This document shows, in pieces, positions 49,593 to 63,490 of a DNA stretch of 64,000 nucleotides. Below the pieces are notes generated by a model that saw nothing but the letters and a program-made list of their open reading frames with translations, made no database searches and was not told the DNA's origin. The DNA comes from the human T2T-CHM13v2.0 reference genome, Homo sapiens: assembly GCF_009914755.1 (NCBI RefSeq), contig NC_060940.1. The stretch is one strand, 5' to 3'. The stretch's first letter is position 1, and each line of letters starts with the position of its first letter. The position numbers and the translations under genes were made by a program.

Positions 49593-50178
49593 TATAATCA
49601 ACTCATTTTCAACAAAGAAGATATAGTGGGGAAAGGACAGTCTTCTCAATAAATGGTCTTGGGAAAACTGGATAGCCATATGCAGAAGAATGAAAGCAGA
49701 CCCCTGTCTGTCACTCTATACAGAAATAAAATCAAAATGGATTGAAGACCTCAATATAAGACCCAAAACTATAAAACTACCAGAAGAAAACTTTGAGGAA
49801 ATGCTCCAGGACATTGATCTGGGCAAATATTTTTTTGTGTAAGACTTCAAAAGCACAGGCAACAAAAGCAAAAATAGACAAATGGGACTACATCAAACTA
49901 AAAAGCAGCAAAAGAAACAGTCAACACAACGAAGAGATAACCCACAGAATGGGGGAAAATATTTGCAAACTATGCATCTGACTAGGATTAACAACCAGAA
50001 TATATAAGGAACTAGAAAAACTCAATAGCAAGAATACAAAATCCAATTAAAAAATAAGAAAAAGATCTGAACAGACATTTCTGAAAAGAAGACATAAAAA
50101 TGACCAATGAGTATATTAAAAATAACCATCATTGATCATTAGAGAAATTGAAATCAAAACCACAATGAGATATCATCT

Positions 50179-50649
50179 TAAGGTAGGAGGCAGGACTTGA
50201 CTCCAGAGGTGGGACTTGAACACCGGACTAGATTGAGGACTAGCTAAAACAGGGCTTGGGTGGAAGCAGCTTTCTAATCAGATTCACCCACTAATGTGCC
50301 ATATGAATTTACCATTGCCATGGCAACACCCGGGAGTTACTGCCCCTTTCTATAGCAATGACCAGATGACACCAAAGTTAGTGCCCCTTCCCTAGAGATG
50401 TCTGTGCAAACCACCCCTTAATCTGCATGCAATTAAAAATGGGTATAAATATGACTGCAAAACTGCCCTAAGCTGCTACTCTCTGTCTAGAAGGTAGCCC
50501 TGCTCTGAGGAGGAGTCACAAAGCTGTAACACTGCCTCTTCAATAAAACTTTCTTCCACCTCCTGTTTGTCCTTGAATTATTTCCTGGGCAAAGCCAAGA
50601 ACACTCTGGACTAAGCCCCACTGTGGGGCTCACCTGCCCAGCTGAATCA
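50179..50649 (+). mobile_element. Solo ERV1 LTR (MER66-like)
   Basis: aggtaggaggcaggacttgactcc...gaggactagctaaaacaggg; TATA-like tataaa, aataaa; 4-bp TSD ATCT. Confidence 0.8.
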
Positions 50650-52479
50650 ATCTTACCTCAGTTACAATGTCTTTTATCAAAAGACTAGAAATAACGGATG
50701 CTGGTGAGGATGTGGAGGAAGGCGAACTCTCATACACTGTTGGTGGGAATGTAAATTAGCACAGCCACTTCGGAAGACAGTATGGAGCTTTCTCAGAAAA
50801 TGGAAAATAGAACTGCCATATGATCCAGCAATTCCACTACTGGAGATATATATAAATGAAAATCAATATTATTGAAGAAATATCTGCACTCTCATGTTTA
50901 TTGCAGCACTATTCACAACAGTCAAAATATGGAATTAATCTAAATGCCCATCAATGGATAAATGTGGTACATATATACAACAGAATATTATTCAGCTACA
51001 AAAAAGAATAAAATCCTGTCACTTGCAGCAACATGAATGGAACTGGAGGTCATTATGTTAAATGAAATAAGCCAAGCATAGAAAGACAAATGTCTGATAT
51101 TCTTGCCTGTGGGAGCTAAAAAAGTGAATCTCATGGAGATAAGGTGCTTTCAGAGGCCAGGAAGTGCTTATCAGAGGCCAGGAAGAGTAAAACGGGGAAG
51201 AGAAGTTGATTAATGAGTACAAACATACAGTCAGATAGAAGAAATAAGACCTGGTGTTTAGACAGATCAGTAGAATGACTATAGTTAACAATAATCAATT
51301 ACACATTTCAAAATAGCTGGAAAAGAATAATTTTAATGTTCTCAGCATAAAGAAAGACAAATATTTAAGGTGATGGATATTCCAATTACCCAGATTTGAT
51401 CTTTACACATTATATGAATGTATCAAATGATCACATATGTCCCCAAAATGTGTATAATCTGTTGTGTGTCAATAAAAAAATTGAAAAAAAAAAACAGAAC
51501 CCCTAATCAGGTTATTGGATGAATTTAGGGTGGAGGTCAAGTAAGTGTTCTAATTTCTTCATTTCCTTTCATGAGCTTACTTTCCACTTTTGAAAACTTA
51601 CTTTACTCATAGCCAAGAATACGTGAGCTTATTCTCCCTGCATGGGCTTGAATATGTTTGAAAAAAGATGGACCTAGTACAATCTGGCCATTCATGCAGC
51701 TGTAATACAGATCAATTACAGAAACGGGAGGTGGAATAAGCACTATCAATGTTGTTTGGAGAAAAATGTAAAAAACAAAACCAAATCATGAGGCATAGAT
51801 ATTGATGGCTGGCAAACAAATACAGAAAACAGAGCAACCTGGAATATATTGATCATAGGTGCCGTGGCTCATTGAGTCTGTTGGAGAAACAGGCAGAATT
51901 GAAATTCCAAAGATCCTAGTGAAAAGTGACTTAGCTGCTCACTGTAGAAAAGAATGTGGATCATACAGTAGATTACACAGCTACACTTGGACAGTGACTT
52001 CATCAGCCATGCGATATTCTAATTTGCAAAATGATGAGATGAGACAGGGGCAGCAACGGCAGCACAGAGAGATGACCCGTTCCACCTCTTCCTTTGGTGG
52101 CCACATTCTATATTTAATACAGAGAATATAAAGCCATAAACCAGCTTCCTTTTCTCTGCAGCCACACCTAAGAGAAAACATGCATATTCAGAACATACCA
52201 TGGGCTCTTTTTCTCTCTAGCAGTCTGTATTTAGTCACATTTCAGAACTTCATGAGATGATGAATCTCCAGCATCTGAGAGGGATGTTGTGTGTTACTAG
52301 AATCATGAAATCATTTTGAGGAGCTAAGAGGCAAGGTACTAAGTAGCATTAAAACCTCGAGAACCTGGTATCTGAGTGATTCAAACTTTAAAACCTGAAA
52401 TGCAGAGACTACGGGTAAGAAATTGCCTTACCCATATGCCTGATCACCACATTCCCCAGATTAAAATACAGTGAGAGTG

Positions 52480-52870
52480 AAGAGAGTCACATCAGCAAAA
52501 TGGTGAGTAGACAGCTACAAGCACACATTTCTCTAAGAAACCTGGAAAAACAAGCAGAAACTGTCAGAACCAACTTTGTCAGAACTCTAAAACACTCAAA
52601 GATTTATAAAAACTAACTAAATGCTGAATCAAGAGTAAGATGACTTAAAAATTTTCCTTGCATTCAAGGAAATCCCTGTTAGTTGAACACAAGCTAAAGG
52701 AACAGAAACTTCAACCACACGTGATAAAAAATATAGTCTGCAAAAATAGTTTGAAAAAACTCACTAAATATATGACTGTGGTCTTCAATAAACAAGAACA
52801 TTAAACTCTGGGTAAGGGAGATAATCTGATTTTCAGAGTTACCACATTACAATATTCAGATGTTCAGTTT
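52480..52870 (+). mobile_element. Old L1 5' fragment
   Basis: cacatcagcaaaatgg...gtcagaaccaactttgtcagaactct. Confidence 0.55.
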
Positions 52871-52879
52871 TCCTTTTTA

Positions 52880-55838
52880 AGTTAAACATTTAGATTTCAT
52901 TTTAGGCTATATAGAACAGTTTTAGGTTTACAGAAAAATTGAGCATGAAATACAGGGAATTTTTATATATCCTTTCTCTCTCCCCACAAAGTTTCCCCTG
53001 TAACTAACATCTTGCTTTAGTGTGGCACATTTATTACAAGTGATGAATAAATGTTGATACATGATTATTAATTGAAGTCCATAGTTTACATTATGATTCA
53101 GTCTGTGTTGTATAGTTCTGTGGGTTTTGACAAATGTATAATTGCATACATCCACTATTACAATATTATAAAAAATAGTTTAAAAATTATTTTAAATTGA
53201 CAAATAATAATTGTATATATGTTTATGGAGTACAATGTGATATTTTGATGTATGTTTACATTGTTGAATGATTAAATCAAATACATTAATAAATCCATCA
53301 CCTCACTTGCCAATTTTGTGACCAAAACATTTAAAACATACTCTTTTATTAATCTTAAAATATACAATGCATTTTTGTTTATTATAGTCACCATTCTGTG
53401 CAATAGATCACTAAAGCTTATTCCTCCTGTCCAACTGAAATTTTGTATCCTTTGATCAATGTCTTCCCTTTCCCCATCCACCCTCCTCCCACAGCCTCTG
53501 GTAACCACCATTCTATTCTCTATTTCTTGCTCTCTCTCTCTTTTTTTTTTTCTTACTCTGTCACCCAGGCAGGAGTGTGGTGGTGTGATTTTGGCTCACT
53601 GCAACTTCCGCTTCCCAGCTTCAAGCAATTCTCCTGCTTCAGCCTCTTGAGTAGCTGGGATTACAGGCATGTGCCACCACGCCCAGCTACTTCTTATATT
53701 TTTAGTAGAGATGGGGTTTCTCCCTGTTGGCCAGGCTGGTCTCGAACTCCTGACTTCAGGTGATCCACCCACCTTGGCCTCCCATTGTGCTGGGATCACA
53801 GCCGTGAGCCATGGCAAACGAGCTCTACTCTCTATTTCTGAGTTCAACTTTTTTTGATTCCACATGTAAATGAGATCATATGATATTTGTCTTTTTGTGC
53901 CTGGCTTATTTCACTTAACAATATCCTCCAGGTTCATCTACATTGCTGCAAATGACAGGATTTCTTTCTTTTTTTAAGGCTGAATAGTATTTCATTGTGT
54001 ATATAACCACATTTAAAAATCCATTCATCTCATGATAGACGCCTAGGTTGCTTCCATATCTTAGCTATTGGGAATAATGTTGTGATGAACATGAAAGTGC
54101 AGATATCTCTTCGACATACTGATTTCAATTCCTTTGGATATATACCCAGAAGTGGGATTACTGAGTTGTATGGTAATTGTATTTTTAGGTTTCTGAGGAA
54201 GCTCCATACTGTTTTTCATTACTGCATTAACTTATATTCCCACCAACAGTGCACAGGGGTTCTCTTTTCTCCACACCCTGGCCAATTCTTGTTATCTTTC
54301 ACCTTTTTGATAAACAGCTATTCTAATAGGGGTGGGGTGATAGCTTATTGTAGTTTTAATTTGCATTTCCCTGATGCTTAGCGATGTTAAGCATTTTTCC
54401 ATATATCTGTCAGCCATTTGTATGTCTTCTTTTGAGAAACGTCTATTTAGGTCCTTTGCCCATTTTTTTGATTGTGTTCTTTGTTTTCCTGCTATTGAGT
54501 TGTTTGGGTTCCTTGTATATTTTGGATATGAGCCTTCTTATCAGATGTATGTTTTGCAAATATTTTCTCCCAATTTGTGGCTTGTCTCTTTCCTCCATTG
54601 TTTTCTTTGCTGTGCAGAAGCTTTTCAGTTTGATCCCATTTATTTATTTATTTGCTTCCTGTGCTTTTGGGGTCATATCCAAGAACTCTTTCCCCAGATC
54701 AACGTTGTGGAACATTTTTTTCTAGGTTTTCTTGTATTAATTTTACAGTTTCCAGTCTCATGTTTAAGTCTTAAGTCCATTTTGACTTGATTTTTTGCAT
54801 ATGGTGTGAGACAAAGGTCCAATTTCACTCTTCTGCATGTGGAATCTAGTTTTCCCAACACCATTTATTGAAGAGACTGTCCCCTCCTCATAGTATGTTC
54901 TTTGTTGAAAAGAACATACTGTATGGATCCATACTGTATGGATCCATACTGTAAATGTATGGATTTGTTACATCTGGGACCTCTAGTCTGTTCCACTGGT
55001 GAATGTGCCTGTTTTTAAGCCAGAGCCATGCTGTTTCGATTATTATGGCTTTGTAATAGATTTTGGAATTAGGTAGTATGATGCCTCCAGCCCCCTTTTT
55101 TTTCTTTTTTTGCTCAATATTTCTTTGGCTATTTGAGGTCTTTTGTGGTTCCGTATGAATTTTAGGATTGTATTTTTTAATTTTGCCTATTCCAGAAGGT
55201 AATATAGTTGGAATCATACAGTATGTGGTCTTTTCAGACTGTGTTCTTTCACTTAGCAATATGCATTTAACATTCCCTCATTTCTTTTAATGATTGGATA
55301 TCTCATTTCATTTTATCTCTGAATAATATTCCATTATATGGCCATAATACAGTTTATTTATCCATTGACCCAATGAAGGACATCTTAGTAGCTTCCAAGT
55401 CTTGACAATTATGAATACAGTTGCTATAAATGTTCATGTGCAAGTTTTTCTGTGGACATGTTTTCAACTCATTTAGGTAAATACCAAGGAATGTGATAAC
55501 CACATCATATGATAATACTAGGTTTAGCTTTGGAAGAAACTGCCAAATTGTCTCCCAAAGTGATTGTATTATTTGCATTTTCTACCAGCAATGAATAAGA
55601 ATTTTTGTTGCTCCACATCCTTGTCAGCATTTGGTATTATCAGTGTTTTGGATTTTAGCCACTGTGGTAGATGTGCAGTGGTATCTCACTGCTGTTTTAA
55701 TTTAAAATTCCCTAATGACATATGATGTTAAACATTTTTTCATGTGCGTATTTGCTATTCTGCATCTCTTTGGTGTGGTGGCCATTTTAAAATTGGATAA
55801 TTTGTTTTCTTATGTTTTAGTTTCAAGAGCTCTCTGTA
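52880..55838 (-). mobile_element. Nested old L1s (L1MB-type host with L1MA-type insert at ~53190-55180)
   Basis: Two distinct L1 3' UTR starts and ORF2 C-terminal antisense sequence. Confidence 0.78.
53541..53817 (-). mobile_element. AluS
   Basis: Antisense dimer. Confidence 0.9.
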
Positions 55839-55839
55839 C

Positions 55840-56121
55840 ATTTATTTTTGAGAGGGGGTCTTGTCACCCAGGCTGGAGTGCAGTGACACAATCATGGCTC
55901 TCTACAGCCTTGACCTCCTGGGCTCAATGCATCCTCCTGCCTCAGCCTCTCAAACAGCTGGGACTACATGCTCACCACCATGCCTGGCTAATTTTTGTGG
56001 TTTTTTTGTAGAGATAGGGTTTCACCATGTTGCCCAGGCTGGTCTTAAACTCCTGGGCTCACGCGATCTGCCCAGCCTCCCAGAGTGCTGGGATTACAGG
56101 TGTGAGCCACCGCACCTGGCC
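55840..56121 (-). mobile_element. AluJ
   Basis: Diverged antisense dimer. Confidence 0.88.
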
Positions 56122-56349
56122 CAGAAAATATTATTGGATTTAGAAACAAAGCTTGACTTGATGACCAAGCAAGAGCAGTCTGAGTGGGAGGAGAGGGTAA
56201 AAGAAAGACTGCACTGGGCTAAAAAGTGGATGGGAGATGAAGATACAATGACCATTAAGTTCACCTTTGAAGAAAAGAAGAGAAATTTGGCAATGGCTGA
56301 AGTCAGATGTGAGATTGAGAAGCCTCCTTCCCTTCCTCCCTTCATCTAT

Positions 56350-56825
56350 GCTTTATATATATATGATCATATATGTATGATTATAAGTCCATATGTATGC
56401 TTTATATATAAGATATATAATGTATTTCTATTATAGTTATATATCTAGGTTTATATATCTCATATAAAAACATAGATATGTTTCATATCTATAAAAGATA
56501 TATATGTTTTATAGATATGTTTCATATCTGTAAAAGATATATGTTTTATAGATACATTTCATATCTATAAAAGATATATATGTTTTATAGATATGTTTCA
56601 TATCTATAAAAGATATATGTTTATCTCATATACATCTTTTAAATATAAAAGATATATGTTTATCTCATATACATCTTTTATATATAAAAGATATATATGT
56701 TTATCTCATATACATCTTTTATATATAAAAGATATATAGTATATCTCATATATATCTTTTATATATAAAATATAGCTCATGTGTGTATATATATGATCAT
56801 ATTTGTATAATTTTATATATCTCAT
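56350..56825. repeat. AT-rich minisatellite with ~37-41-bp units
   Basis: ATAGATATGTTTCATATCTATAAAAGATATATATGTTTT x4, then ATCTCATATACATCTTTTATATATAAAAGATATATGTTT-type x3-4. Confidence 0.9.
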
Positions 56826-56919
56826 AAGAAAGTAAAGGAATAAAAGAATGGCTACTCCATAGGCAGAGCAGCCAGAAATATTTGATAAATATATATTAAA
56901 TGGGTGAGTGAACACATAG

Positions 56920-58465
56920 GTATGTTTCTCAAAAAGACTTTACTTCACCGTTTAAAAAAGATATTTTATTTTATTGGATACAGAAGTCTAGGCTGACTAT
57001 GTTTTCCAACTTTAACAATGTTGCTTCATTGTTTTCTAGCTGACATTATTTACAACAAGGAATTTGCTGTCATCTTTACCTTTTTTCCTCTCTAGTAACA
57101 TGTGTTTTTTCCCCCCTCTGGCTGCTTTTAATATGTTCTCTTTGACACTGGTTCTAGGCAATATAATGATCATGTCTTATTGTAGTTTTCTTCATGTTTC
57201 TTGTGCTTGGGTTTTGTTGAACATTTTGCATCTGTGGATCATAGTTTTCATATTTGGAAAAATCTCAACTATATTTTCTTTAATATTTTTCTTAACCCCC
57301 CACCTCCAACCCTCTTTAAAGATTCCAATTACGTGCTATGTGAAATTGGTCCATAGCTCACTGATGCTCTGTTCATTAAAAATATTCTCTTTTCTTTCCA
57401 TTTCCTTTCATATAGTTTCATTTGTTATCTTTAAACTCACTAACCCTTTCTTCAATGTTTAATCTGCAGTTAATTTTATCCTGTGTATTTTTGATCTCAC
57501 ACCTTGTAGTTTTTATTTCTAGAAGCTCAATTTGGGTCTTTTTATATTGTCTATTTTTTTGCTTAAACTTTTTGTATGCATGGAATAGTTAAAATAACTT
57601 TTATTTTTCTCCTCAGCCAATTATAACATCTGTGTCTGTTATAAATTTTGATTGCTTGATGATTATTCTATGAGTTGTATTTTTCTGCTTCCTTACATTT
57701 TGGTGATTTTTGATTGGATGCCAAACATTGTGAGTTCTAATGTCTTTGTTGGATATTAGATATTTTGATATTCTTATAAATACTTATGGGCTCTGTTCTG
57801 GGATGCAGCTGAGTTACTTGGAAACAGTTTAAATAGTTTCAGTTCTTGCTTTTAAGATTTTTTAAAGGCAGAATCAAAGAAGTGCTCAGTCTAGGGTTAA
57901 TTATTTCTTTCTACTGATGCATGAACTTTCTGTGTACTCTACTCAGTGTCTCATGAATCTGGAAGTTTCCATTTTGGCTGGAAGGGGCAGGTGCTCTTTT
58001 CCATCCTGTGTGAGCTCCAGGAACTGCAGCCCATCGTCTCAGGTGGTTCTTTTCCTGGCTTGAGTGGTTTACTCACACATATACTAATTATATTCATCTG
58101 AGTATTAGAAGGAGACCATCTGGAGCTCTCCAAATTTGTTCTCTTTGCAATTCTCTGCTTTCTGGTACTCTTTCCCTTCTATTCCAGCCACCTGGGCCTT
58201 CCTGGACTCTCAGCTCTGTCTTCTTCACTCTGGGAGTCCACTAGGCTTCCCCTGGGTTCCTTATCCTTGCACTGTGGCCTGGAATCTCTTTCAAGGCAGA
58301 AATCTGGGGACAGCTGTAGGGCTTACCGTCTTTGTTTCCAGTTTCACATGATCATTTACTGCCTGATGTCCAGTGTCTGGCAAACCACGGTGTCATATGT
58401 TTTGTCTGGTTTTTGTTTGTTTCTGGTGGAAAGGAACTCTGGTTTCCGTTATACCATCATGGCCA
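56920..58465 (-). mobile_element. Old L1 (L1ME/L1MC-type) remnant
   Basis: T-rich antisense L1-like sequence. Confidence 0.6.
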
Positions 58466-58702
58466 GAGCCTAATGTAAGGGCCAAGGGAAAGCTTCCTCT
58501 TTACCCTCTGAAGAGTCACTGAAAAATCATAACAAAGGGCAGAATAATAGTAGAAATGGCATACAAATTTATTAGTGTGCAGGTGGGGAAAATTACAGAG
58601 TGATTATCGCAACCCTCTAATGGGCTACAGAAACTTATATATCACCTTGAGGTTATAAAAAGAATGGGGCCTCAGAGCATGGCCCAAAACTGGTTATGGT
58701 GG

Positions 58703-59079
58703 TGACATGGTTTGGATTTCTGTCCCTGCCCAAATCTCACGTGGAATTGTAATCCCCGATGTTGGAGGAGGGGTCTGGTAGGAGGTGATTGGATCATGGG
58801 GGTGGATTTTCCCCTTGCTAGTCTCGTGGTAGTGAGTGAGTTCTCATGAAATCTGATTGTTTAAAAGTGTGTAGCACCTCCCGCTTCGCTCTCTTCCTCC
58901 TGCTCTCACCATGTAGGACATGCCTGCTTCCCCTTCGCGTTCTGCCATGATTGTAAGTTTCCTGAGGCCTCCCCAGCCCTGCTTCCTGTACAGCCTGTAG
59001 AACCACGAAGCCAATTAAACCTTTTTCCTTATTAAATTACCCAGTCTCAGGTAATGCAATGCAAGAACAGACTAATAGA
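58703..59079 (+). mobile_element. MSTA-like MaLR LTR
   Basis: Perfect 5-bp TSD GGTGG. Confidence 0.9.
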
Positions 59080-59314
59080 GGTGGTAAAATAGGTTATAAT
59101 AATAAGACAGATTATGGGAGGGAGAAAAGAGGAGGCCTGGCTAGCAAAGGTGGTCTCGTTATGTAGATGAAACCTCACAGGTATCGGCCCTCAGAAAGAT
59201 TAGGTGGTATGTTTCTTGCAGACCTCTAAAGGTGTCAGACTCTCAGTTTATCTTTCCTCGATCCAGGCAAGGGAGAGTCTCAGAGAAACCTGGCTGCATC
59301 AAGGCAGATTCTCT

Positions 59315-59463
59315 GGCTTTTTTTCTAAAATAAATTTTTTATAAATAGAGACGGGGGTCTCCCTATGTTTCCCAGGCTGATCTCAAACTCCTGGGCTCAA
59401 GTGATCCTCCTGCCTCAGCCTCCCAAAGTGTTGAGATTACAGGTGTCAGCCACCACGCCTGCC
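59315..59463 (-). mobile_element. FLAM-like Alu monomer
   Basis: Single arm with 16-bp TSD tcaaggcagattctct. Confidence 0.9.
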
Positions 59464-59646
59464 TCAAGGCAGATTCTCTACAGATGCAAATCTCCTGACA
59501 AAAGACAGCCTTTTAGCCATGATGATATTTCAAGCCCCCTATGAATAGCCGTATATCTTGGGGTGAAATATTTTGGTTTCTTTCATTAAGGATCCTATTA
59601 CGCATCTTTGAAATGGTGGTTAGGATTATTTTGAGTTACTGTGTTT

Positions 59647-59670
59647 TGCAATCCACCACTAGGTGGCAAT
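59647..59670 (+). promoter_or_regulatory. Candidate CTCF binding site
   Basis: Core CCACTAGGTGGCA (59656-59668) preceded by TGCAAT, resembling the upstream module. Confidence 0.55.
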
Positions 59671-60743
59671 GTTATACAGCTGAGATTCTTTTCAGTAAAG
59701 GAACCCTGCAAAGCATTTCTAGGTTATTCTAAGAGATACACGGAATTATATATTTGGTCTTGGTTTGGGTATAACAGTCTGTTTTATTGAGTTCCATTTT
59801 ATTCCTATATCTGTTATTGTGGAATTTTTACTTCAGTGTAAAATTAGTAAAGTTATTTTGCCTAAAATAATACATGCTATAGATTGAAATGATTTATGGT
59901 ATGTTCCTCACTATGGTCAGTAGTAGATATGATACACTCGTTAGGGAAACTTTTCACCTACAGGGGATTTAAATATATTTATGAGGGCAGTCATCGACAT
60001 CCGTTTGTGTCTGGTTTGTAAGACCAGCCCAGAAAAGAATAAGATGTGTCTACTGCCTCTGGGGGCTTCTGTCCTTGTGAGGAGACACACAGGTGGACCA
60101 CAGGCACAGTCCCAGGCGTGTGTGTGCTCTTCAACTGTCTGGGGTTGTCTAGAAGCTTCCCAGAGGAGGTGACCATTGAGCAGGGTTTAAAAGATGTGTA
60201 GAAATTTTCTACTTGAGAAAAGGGCAGATAGCAGTTCATGCCTAACAGTGCAGCAGAGAAAGAGACAGGGACTTAAGCATATCATAAGAAGATGACGAGA
60301 GTGGCAGGAAGTAAAAACAGGGACGTGGCCTCAAAATGCCTGGCACACTCCATGTGCTGCATGACCATTTCACATATAAATAGAGTAAGACTGCTAGGGT
60401 CCATCTCTGAAGATGATATTGCAGATCGAATTTCTTTCATATTTATTAATATAAAATAATGTCAGTTGGAGATATACAATTTTGCTCCTCACCGGTGGAT
60501 CATCCTGTGCATATGGGGTAGACAGACCTCCTTGGAGACCCCGCATTAGATGACTCTGGCTGCGGCGGGGAGAGACTACAGGATGCGGGCAGCAGCGAGC
60601 ACACAGTGACCAAATACAAGGTTCTTGCCCGTCGGTAAAGAATCGGAGCAAAGATCGGCTAGACTTAGATAAATAATTAGGTTGGGCTCAAAAGAACAAA
60701 ATAAATTTCATCTCAGACACTTGTAAATTAGCAAAACAAATAA

Positions 60744-61054
<311 letters not shown>

Positions 61055-61273
61055 AACAATTATTATTTAAAAAGTTCTGCATTCAAAAGTAATATTGGTT
61101 TAGAATTACCTCAAGGAGACAATTTCATGACTAATTCTACTGCCTAATTGTTAGAGAGGGTAAGATGGCTGAACTAACATGGACCTTCCCGGTGGCTCCG
61201 TGAGGACAGTCGGGAAATGACGTGCTCCTTGTGAATGGCTGAGAAAAAGCACCTGTGTGACATCTAATCATCC

Positions 61274-61500
61274 AGACCGGTGGTTCTCCAAGTGGGGTGG
61301 GGACTCCTGCAGGGCCTCACAATCCTTTCAGAGATTCTACAAAGTCAATACTATTTTAATAATAACAGCAAAATATTACCTGTCTTTTTGATTCTCACTC
61401 TACTATGAGTGTACAGTGGAGTTTTCCAGAAGCCATGTGGCGTGATATTGCAACTCACTGAATACAGGAGCAGAGAGAGAATCCAGCGGGTTTATATCAG
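61274..61500. mobile_element. hAT-Charlie-like DNA transposon remnant
   Basis: ccggtggttctccaagtg TIR-like start; gagttttccagaagc...gtgatattgcaac. Confidence 0.5.
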
Positions 61501-62320
61501 TGTAGTAAAATAATTAAAAAAAAAAAAAGGAAAAGGAAAAGAGAATTCAGTGGATTGAGTTGACTGCAGGTGGGAGCATACTACAAACTAGTGAGTCCTT
61601 TTCTTCAACAAGGTTTATTGGGAGTCTTCAGGCAGCCTGTCCTTGGCCTCTAGAAGCCCATGGTCTGGTGGAACAGCCAGACCAGCTGAAACCCTTACGC
61701 TGAAGGTATGGAAATGCTACAGGGCTTGTACTGGGAATCTCAACCCAGGCTTAGAGGATGAAGACAACTGCCTGGAAATGTTGTCATCTCGCCTGAGTTA
61801 CGACAATGGAGTACCAGTGAGTGGAATAAAGCGGAAGAGAGAGTGTGGGGCAGAGGCCAGAAGACAGTTTGATGGAAGGTGGTAGGAGAAACTACACTGT
61901 ATTTTTGAGATGGATAAGAGGGAACAGGACAGGACAGGAAGGCGACAGCTGTCCTTAGGTGGAGCCCATCTAGCTGTTGTTAGCGTCGGTCTCAAATACA
62001 CAATAAGTTGGTCTCAAATATGCAATATGAGAAAAATCCAAGAGCAAAACCAAAACAACACATAAGGAACAAAGGTACGCTGGAACATTTGACCTATGTT
62101 ATCTGCCCCAGTGATGTCGATGTTGCTGAAAAGACTGGAGTTGGCATTCATCTCTCCGTTTCTTTGCCCACCGGTTAGTCTTCCAGATGATCATGGCCAC
62201 TTCACTCAAGAAACTGACTTTCCCAAATGTACCCAGAAGTGTGCCATGGTCTGCCTCAGTTTTGCAGTTACCTTTCTTCCAGGAAATTATAAATTACTCT
62301 TTATAAAAATCACATTGACA

Positions 62321-62638
<318 letters not shown>

Positions 62639-63269
62639 AAAATCACATTGACTACATAAAAGACATAACACAAATTCAGTGAAGATTTGACAATTACTAT
62701 CATGTAAAGTTCTAAAATAGATTTCTTTGGAGTCATGATTGTACATAACTTACACCTGGACCCATCTGCAGCTAACCTCCCACTCCCTGCAATTGCATAT
62801 TGACCTTGTGAATTTGTTGATTGGAAAATTACATCCCTTTCCTTACCTCTGAGTGTGAGTGTGTTAGCAGCAGTTCAGTGGGATATTTCAGGATTCACAG
62901 TTCTTTAATTCTGTCTTCCGGACAAACTCCAAATTGTTTTTTATGTCATAGTGAAATATCAGAACTATGGCCAGTCTTTAGCTGACTACATTTTGAAAGC
63001 TGAAATAGGATAGAGCTACTGTGTGTGTAAAGGAACGGCCACCAGGTATAATGGGAGACTTTTTAAAAGCAGTCCCCGGTGTAAGCCCGATGTGAGTTGG
63101 ATGTTTTTATTGGTACACTGATTCCTTAGGTGGCCTTCAAACATCTATTCCTGGACTCTTCCATGTTTTCCTGGTGCTCTCAGCATAGGCGCTCCACTGG
63201 TCTTAGAAGCTGCAGGACTGCCTGATGGGCTGGCTGCCTCTGTGCACTTCAGTGAGCCATTGTAAATAA

Positions 63270-63490
63270 ATAGTCCTGCCCCGTCACTTCCATTTTCGTG
63301 ATTCAACTGTATTGTTTCCACAGCATTTATCAGTGTCTGAAATGATCTTACTCACTTCTGCTGTGTTTATTTTCTGTCTCCCTTCACCAAAATGTAAAGC
63401 TGCTTGAGGTCAGGGGTCTTGCCTTTCTTGTTCATCATTGTGTCAACAATGCCCAGATAGGACCTGGCACAAATGGAGGGATCAATACAA
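63270..63490 (+). mobile_element. L2 3' end
   Basis: aatgtaaagctgcttgaggtcagggg...ttgttcatcattgtg...cctggcaca...tcaatac. Confidence 0.7.

Larger units (their letters stand above)
58474..59585 (-). mobile_element. MER4-group solo LTR (MER34/LOR1-like) with nested MST and FLAM
   Basis: tgtaagggcc...ggggtgaaatattttggtttctttca; approximate TSD ctaa/ttaa. Confidence 0.7.

Noticed and set aside
51859-52201. Overlapping short ORFs in unique sequence
   Set aside because: No recognisable domain or splice structure; lengths are within chance expectation.
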